From assembly GCA_049969475.1 (NCBI GenBank), contig JBMFOU010000002.1:72271-136270 (forward strand): a stretch of 64,000 nt of DNA, given 5' to 3'. Source of the DNA: Bacteroidales bacterium. Lineage in GTDB: Bacteria > Bacteroidota > Bacteroidia > Bacteroidales > TTA-H9. The position numbers and the translations under genes were made by a program. Positions 59,739 to 64,000 of the stretch are shown piece after piece. Under the pieces are notes generated by a model. That model was given only the letters and a program-made list of their open reading frames with translations. It was not told where the DNA came from and made no database searches. Position 1 is the first letter of the stretch, and each line of letters opens with the position of its first letter.

Positions 59739-61958
59739 TTAATTTCCCATTTCCGACATAAACTTAATACGCATCAGCCTGATTTCCTCTTCGGTGTATT
59801 CATCTTCGCCCAATTCCCTGAGCGCATCTTCTACCGAATCGGTCTCAGCAGTCCGGAAGTACTCGAAGATTTCCTCCTGGTGGTACTCGTCGATGTATTC
59901 GTCGATGTAGTAGTTGATGTCGATTTTGGTACCCGAGGCTACAATTCGCTCGATGGAAGTAAGCAGCTCGTCAAATGTAAGATTCTTAGCCACTGCGATG
60001 TCTTCGAGCGGTACCTTACGGTCGATGTTTTGGATAATAGAGACCTTCAGCCCCGACTTGTTGATAACCGACTTAACAACCATGTCGTTGGGCCGGATAA
60101 TTTCATTTTCCTCAACATACTGTTTGATAAGATCCAGGAAGGGCTTACCGAATTTCAAGGCTTTACCAGCACCCACACCGGTTATCTGCTTGAGCTCATC
60201 CATGGTTATCGGATATTGGATAGCCATTTCCTCTAGCGAGGGGTCCTGGAAAATAACAAACGGGGGAAGGTTCTCCTTCCTGGCAATCTCTTTACGCAGG
60301 TCTTTCAGCAGGGCAAACAAGGTTGCATCTGCCGTACCGGGTTTGGTTCCACCTCCCTGTTCAAGGGATTCTTCTTCTTCAAGATTTTCAAAATCACGAT
60401 CCTCAGTCAGCATAATAGGTTGCGGATTTTTCAAAAACTTTTTCCCTTTATTGGTTACTTTTAAAATTCCATAGTTTTCGATTTCCTTTTCAATAAGGTT
60501 TTCGATGAGCATTTGCCGAATGATGGCATTCCAGAACTTCTCGTCTTTTTCTTCGCCCTTGCCGAAAACCTCCAGCTTGTTGTGTTTGGCAGCTTTCACA
60601 TTGGCAGTGGCTTTTCCGGTGATCACGTGGATTAAATGTTTAGCCTTGCATTGCTGCTTAGTCTGCAGAATGGCTTCAAGCACGGTAATCACAAAATCCT
60701 GACCATCGAAGCGGGTTTTGGGATGCAGGCAGTTATCGCAGTTGCCACATGAATCGGAGGTATATTGCTCTCCAAAATAATGAAGCAAGACCTTGCGCCG
60801 GCATACTGAGGTTTCGGCATAGGCTATAGTCTCGTTAATCAACATTTTGTTGATTTCCTGTTCTGCTACGTGTTTATTTTTCAGGAATTTTTCGAGCTTT
60901 TCCATGTCCTCGTAGCTGTAAAAAGCGATGCAATTTCCTTCTCCATCGTCGCGGCCGGCCCGTCCGGTTTCCTGATAGTAGCCTTCGAGGCTCTTGGGCA
61001 TGTCATGATGAATCACATAGCGTACGTCGGGCTTATCGATTCCCATGCCAAAGGCAATGGTGGCAACAATAACATCCACCTCTTCCATGAGAAAAGCGTC
61101 CTGGTTATTGCGACGGGTCTGAGCATCAAGCCCTGCATGGTAAGGCAATGCCTTGATACCATTCACCTGCAGGGTCTCTGCTAGCTCTTCTACCTTTTTG
61201 CGGCTCAAACAATAAATGATGCCCGACTTGCCCGGATTGTTCTTGATGTAGCGGATAATATCTTTCACCACATCGTTGGTCTTAGGCCTAACTTCGTAAT
61301 AGAGATTGGGGCGATTGAAGCTCGATTTGAAAAGCTTGGCATCCATCATACCCAGATTTTTCTGGATATCTTCCTGAACCTTGGGCGTGGCCGTGGCAGT
61401 CAGAGCCATAACAGGCACATTTTGCCCAATGGCTTCAATGATAGGACGTATTCGCCGATATTCCGGTCTGAAATCATGCCCCCATTCACTGATGCAGTGA
61501 GCCTCATCGATAGCATAAAATGAAATACGTATATTCCGGAAGAAATCTACGCTATCCTCTTTAGTGAGAGTTTCGGGCGCCACATATAGGAGCTTGGTAC
61601 GTCCTGATTCCAGATCGGATTTCACCTGGGCAATCTCTGCTTTGCTTAGTGTAGAGTTAAGATAATGAGCCAGGCCAATCTCCATGCCGAAGTTCCGGAT
61701 AGCATCCACCTGGTTCTTCATCAGTGCAATCAGGGGAGAAATGACAATAGCTGTACCTTCACTAATAATGGCAGGCAATTGATAGCAAAGCGACTTTCCG
61801 CTGCCGGTAGGCATAATCACAAATGTGTCGAAGCCTGCCAGCACACTACGGATGACTGCTTCCTGACTTCCCTTGAAGTGATCGAACCCAAAGAAATTCT
61901 TCAAGGCGTCGTAAACAGGGTCCTGCACATGTACTTTTTCTTTTAATTCTGCTTTCAT
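59739..61958 (-). CDS. recQ: ATP-dependent DNA helicase RecQ
   Basis: ORF 59739-62000 (GTG), with ATG 61958 preferred (MKAELKEK...). 'FGFDHFKGSQ', 'MPTGSGKSLCYQLPA', 'DEAHCISEWGHDFRPEY', 'TATAT', the Zn-binding 'CRR..LL.YFGE....CGNCDNC' and the HRDC region 'LR.LRKEIA...N.PPFVIF.D.SL.EMA' are all present. Confidence 0.93.
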   Translation of the reverse strand: MKAELKEKVHVQDPVYDALKNFFGFDHFKGSQEAVIRSVLAGFDTFVIMPTGSGKSLCYQLPAIISEGTAIVISPLIALMKNQVDAIRNFGMEIGLAHYLNSTLSKAEIAQVKSDLESGRTKLLYVAPETLTKEDSVDFFRNIRISFYAIDEAHCISEWGHDFRPEYRRIRPIIEAIGQNVPVMALTATATPKVQEDIQKNLGMMDAKLFKSSFNRPNLYYEVRPKTNDVVKDIIRYIKNNPGKSGIIYCLSRKKVEELAETLQVNGIKALPYHAGLDAQTRRNNQDAFLMEEVDVIVATIAFGMGIDKPDVRYVIHHDMPKSLEGYYQETGRAGRDDGEGNCIAFYSYEDMEKLEKFLKNKHVAEQEINKMLINETIAYAETSVCRRKVLLHYFGEQYTSDSCGNCDNCLHPKTRFDGQDFVITVLEAILQTKQQCKAKHLIHVITGKATANVKAAKHNKLEVFGKGEEKDEKFWNAIIRQMLIENLIEKEIENYGILKVTNKGKKFLKNPQPIMLTEDRDFENLEEEESLEQGGGTKPGTADATLFALLKDLRKEIARKENLPPFVIFQDPSLEEMAIQYPITMDELKQITGVGAGKALKFGKPFLDLIKQYVEENEIIRPNDMVVKSVINKSGLKVSIIQNIDRKVPLEDIAVAKNLTFDELLTSIERIVASGTKIDINYYIDEYIDEYHQEEIFEYFRTAETDSVEDALRELGEDEYTEEEIRLMRIKFMSEMGN

Positions 61959-62331
61959 TCTGATTTGTCTCAAATCTTTGTTTCTAAAAGCAACCGGCAC
62001 CAGGGCACCGACTTCTAAGAAAGATTAGGCCTATTGTGTTAAATATTGATTATCAGCAACTTAGTTGTTTTTGTTACGAACTTGCAAAGATAATAGGTTT
62101 TTAATTCCTGACAAGGGGAACGAGATACCTAACACTTTTAATAAAGTCGGGACATGGTGCACAAAGCTTTTGTATTGGGTAAAGATAATAAGAAAAAAAG
62201 GGAAAAAGTATAATTGATAACAAAATTTAACATATTAAAACTTACTAATTATTAAATCACGAAGCAAAGAGCAACCATAAAATGGGGCTTATTGGTACAA
62301 AGGTAAATAAACGCAAGCCGGGGGGTATTCG

Positions 62332-62339
62332 TATATTTG
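62332..62339 (+). promoter_or_regulatory. -7 promoter box (TATATTTG) for kdsD
   Basis: tatatttg lies 22 nt upstream of ATG 62362. Confidence 0.5.
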
Positions 62340-62361
62340 CCGGAGAAAAGAAAGCAGCCCT

Positions 62362-63330
62362 ATGACGATAAACAAACAGAGGATCATAGATACGGCCCGA
62401 CAGACGATTAGCGAAGAGGCTGCAGCAATTCAGGGTTTGCTACCAAACATCAATGAACACTTTTATCGGGCCGTAGAAGTCATTCTTAAGACCAAAGGAC
62501 GGGTTATTGTTACTGGCATTGGCAAAAGCCTCGATATTGGCCGAAAATTCACTTCTACCCTCAATTCCACGGGAACTCCTGCGTTTTTTCTGCATGCGGC
62601 CGATGCCATTCACGGCGATCTGGGCATGCTCCAGCCCGACGATATTGTGGTTTGTCTTTCTAAAAGTGGAGATACTCCAGAAATCAAAGTTTTGGTGCCG
62701 CTTATCAAAGCCAATGGTAATCTTCTGATAGCAATAGTAGGAAACCCAGATTCATTTCTGGCCCAAAGAGCTGATATCATCCTCCTGACTGTAGTGGACA
62801 AGGAAGCCTGTCCAAACAATCTGGCACCGACGGCCAGCGCTGCGGCTCAATTGGCCATGTGCGATGCCCTGGCCGTCGCCTTGCTTTCCTCACGAGGCTT
62901 TTCTTCCGATGATTTTGCCCGCCTGCATCCGGGGGGTACCCTGGGCAAAAAGCTTTACCTAAGGGTAGCTGACCTCTATTTGCGAAATGAAAAACCCAGA
63001 GTTAATCCTAAGACCCCTCTCACCGAGGTGATAATTGAAATCACCTCCAAAAGGCTTGGCTGCACTGCAGTATTGGAAGATGATAAGCTGGTGGGTATGA
63101 TTACCGACGGTGACCTTAGGCGCATGCTTCAAAAAAACGACCCCAACCCCAGCCTCACTGCCGCCGATATTATGACCCGAAATCCCAAAACCATTCAGCC
63201 CGAGGCGCTGGTAGCTGATGCCCTCGACCTTATGCGGGCTCACAGCATCACCCAGTTGCTGGTTATGGAAAACGATGAATACAAAGGGGTCATTCACCTT
63301 CACGATATTCTTCGCGAGGGGATTATTTGA
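62362..63330 (+). CDS. kdsD: arabinose-5-phosphate isomerase (KdsD/KpsF; SIS domain plus tandem CBS domains)
   Basis: 322 aa. 'GRVIVTGIGKS', 'SKSGDTPE' and 'HPGG.LGKKL' sit in the SIS domain. Two CBS motifs follow ('VLEDDKLVGMITDGDLRR', 'VMENDEYKGVIHLHDILR'). Confidence 0.9.
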   Translation: MTINKQRIIDTARQTISEEAAAIQGLLPNINEHFYRAVEVILKTKGRVIVTGIGKSLDIGRKFTSTLNSTGTPAFFLHAADAIHGDLGMLQPDDIVVCLSKSGDTPEIKVLVPLIKANGNLLIAIVGNPDSFLAQRADIILLTVVDKEACPNNLAPTASAAAQLAMCDALAVALLSSRGFSSDDFARLHPGGTLGKKLYLRVADLYLRNEKPRVNPKTPLTEVIIEITSKRLGCTAVLEDDKLVGMITDGDLRRMLQKNDPNPSLTAADIMTRNPKTIQPEALVADALDLMRAHSITQLLVMENDEYKGVIHLHDILREGII

Positions 63331-63352
63331 TTATCAAATATTTATACAATAT

Positions 63353-63709
63353 ATGGGAAAACTTATCGACGAATTCAACACCTACCGACAGCGAATGAAC
63401 GAGAAGATTCTTGCTTCGCCACACAGTAAAATCTTAAAACGCATTTACGGTGTGGATACGCTGGCCTATGAAGAGGGAGCCCTCCCTGCCAAAACCAAAG
63501 AAATGCTGGGTCTGGCTACAAGCATGGTACTGCGATGCGACGACTGCATCCGCTACCATCTGCAAAAATGTCATCAGCTGGGAGTAACCACAGCAGAAAT
63601 TTTCGAAGTATTCGGAATAGCCAATTTGGTAGGAGGAACCATCGTAATACCGCACACCCGCCGTGCCCTCGAATTTTGGGAAGAACTGGAAAACCTTTCG
63701 CAGTCATGA
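63353..63709 (+). CDS. carboxymuconolactone decarboxylase (AhpD-like) family protein
   Basis: The ORF-track entry 63218-63709 overlaps kdsD. ATG 63353 gives a 118-aa protein, [15 protein letters not shown]..., with '[27 protein letters not shown]' (the CxxC of the CMD/AhpD fold). Confidence 0.7.
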   Translation: MGKLIDEFNTYRQRMNEKILASPHSKILKRIYGVDTLAYEEGALPAKTKEMLGLATSMVLRCDDCIRYHLQKCHQLGVTTAEIFEVFGIANLVGGTIVIPHTRRALEFWEELENLSQS

Positions 63710-64000
63710 AACTTCGTACGGAAGGATTGTATAAAAAATATCGCCACCGTATGGTGGTGAAAGACGTCTGGGTGGAGGTTAACCAGGGCGAAATTGTAGG
63801 CCTGCTAGGCCCCAACGGAGCCGGCAAAACCACTACATTCTACATCATTACAGGACTAATAAAACCCTATGCTGGCAAAGTCTTTTTAGACGACACCGAT
63901 ATTACAGGGCTACCCATGTACAAGCGGGCTCAGATGGGTATTGGCTACCTGGCACAAGAAGCCTCTGTATTCCGGAATCTTTCTATAGAAGACAACATAA
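63706..64000 (+). CDS. lptB: LPS export ABC transporter ATP-binding protein LptB, 5' part (runs off the right edge)
   Basis: Not in the ORF track because no stop lies in the window. ATG 63706 overlaps the upstream TGA. The translation is [98 protein letters not shown]. It has the Walker A motif and the LptB-typical 'GIGYL.QE.S.FR.L'. Confidence 0.8.
   Translation, partial: MKLRTEGLYKKYRHRMVVKDVWVEVNQGEIVGLLGPNGAGKTTTFYIITGLIKPYAGKVFLDDTDITGLPMYKRAQMGIGYLAQEASVFRNLSIEDNI

Noticed and set aside
1973-60474. Other long shadow ORFs. Examples are 1973-2485(+), 3497-4078(+), 5935-6555(+), 9594-10079(+), 34122-34607(-), 39918-40478(+), 45886-46335(+) and 59914-60474(+).
   Set aside because: Each is nested in or antisense to a CDS with strong family motifs (GH144-like, SusD, SusC, FprA, ACAD, crotonase, RecQ). 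None shows features of its own.
62085-62092. Possible recQ promoter box (plus-strand caaagata = minus-strand TATCTTTG), and the repeated aaagataata 10-mer (about 62086 and about 62184) in the recQ-kdsD intergenic region.
   Set aside because: The box is 127 nt from the preferred recQ ATG, with nothing to corroborate it. A 10-bp AT-rich direct repeat in an AT-rich 360-bp spacer is within chance expectation.
63218-63352. N-terminal 45-codon extension of the CMD-family ORF (ORF-track start 63218).
   Set aside because: It overlaps the last 113 nt of kdsD in another frame. ATG 63353 gives a protein of normal CMD/AhpD size that begins 22 nt after the kdsD stop.
1-64000. Search for CRISPR arrays, tRNA/rRNA/tmRNA genes, prophage or defence-island hallmarks.
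   Set aside because: I saw no short regularly spaced repeats, no cloverleaf-like sequences in the few gaps over 200 bp (8000-8398, 28148-28554, 42617-42877, 58154-58603, 62001-62361), and no phage, integrase or restriction-type genes. The window looks like core chromosome plus glycan- and secretion-related accessory genes.

Overview
This is a gene-dense 64-kb chromosomal window from a Bacteroidota-type genome. The diagnostics are a SusC/SusD pair, seven proteins ending in type-A T9SS C-terminal sorting domains, and TAnnTTTG -7 promoter boxes 18-45 nt upstream of many start codons. I saw no rRNA, tRNA, CRISPR array, transposase or integrase.

Gene content, left to right:
- A polysaccharide-utilisation locus (330-10505): SusC/SusD, two GH144-like (putative beta-1,2-glucanase) paralogs, a CBM-like T9SS protein and a divergent Nudix-fold (NrtR-like) regulator.
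- Housekeeping genes: tsaD, a GT28-like glycosyltransferase, lgt, a cyclase, an M19 dipeptidase and a GNAT-like protein.
- A tandem array of four T9SS-secreted BNR/Asp-box propeller paralogs (16911-25067). The first two share a 1,064-bp perfectly identical 3' half.
- A partial System-I cytochrome c maturation cluster, ccmB-ccmC-(unlisted 49-aa ccmD)-ccmE, in which CcmE carries a CxxxY motif.
- WbuC cupin, mscL, a PiT transporter, a HAD hydrolase, rsmE, DUF4159 plus a BatA-N protein, an FprA flavodiiron protein and parC.
- A minus-strand crt-hbd-thiolase / FabK-like / hydrolase / acyl-CoA dehydrogenase / etfBA cluster. A promoter-to-terminator structured leader (42643-42806) interrupts it.
- A mini T9SS cargo, an orphan HydE-like radical SAM gene, and folE plus a PTPS/QueD gene behind a bactofilin-AtpZ-membrane trio.
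- A PorW/SprE-like TPR lipoprotein, an M23 peptidase, dxr, rseP, deoC, skp, recQ, kdsD, a CMD-family protein and a 5' fragment of lptB.

Functional calls rest on motifs I recognise by eye, with no database search. Start codons were refined where a -7 box sits inside an ORF-track 5' extension.
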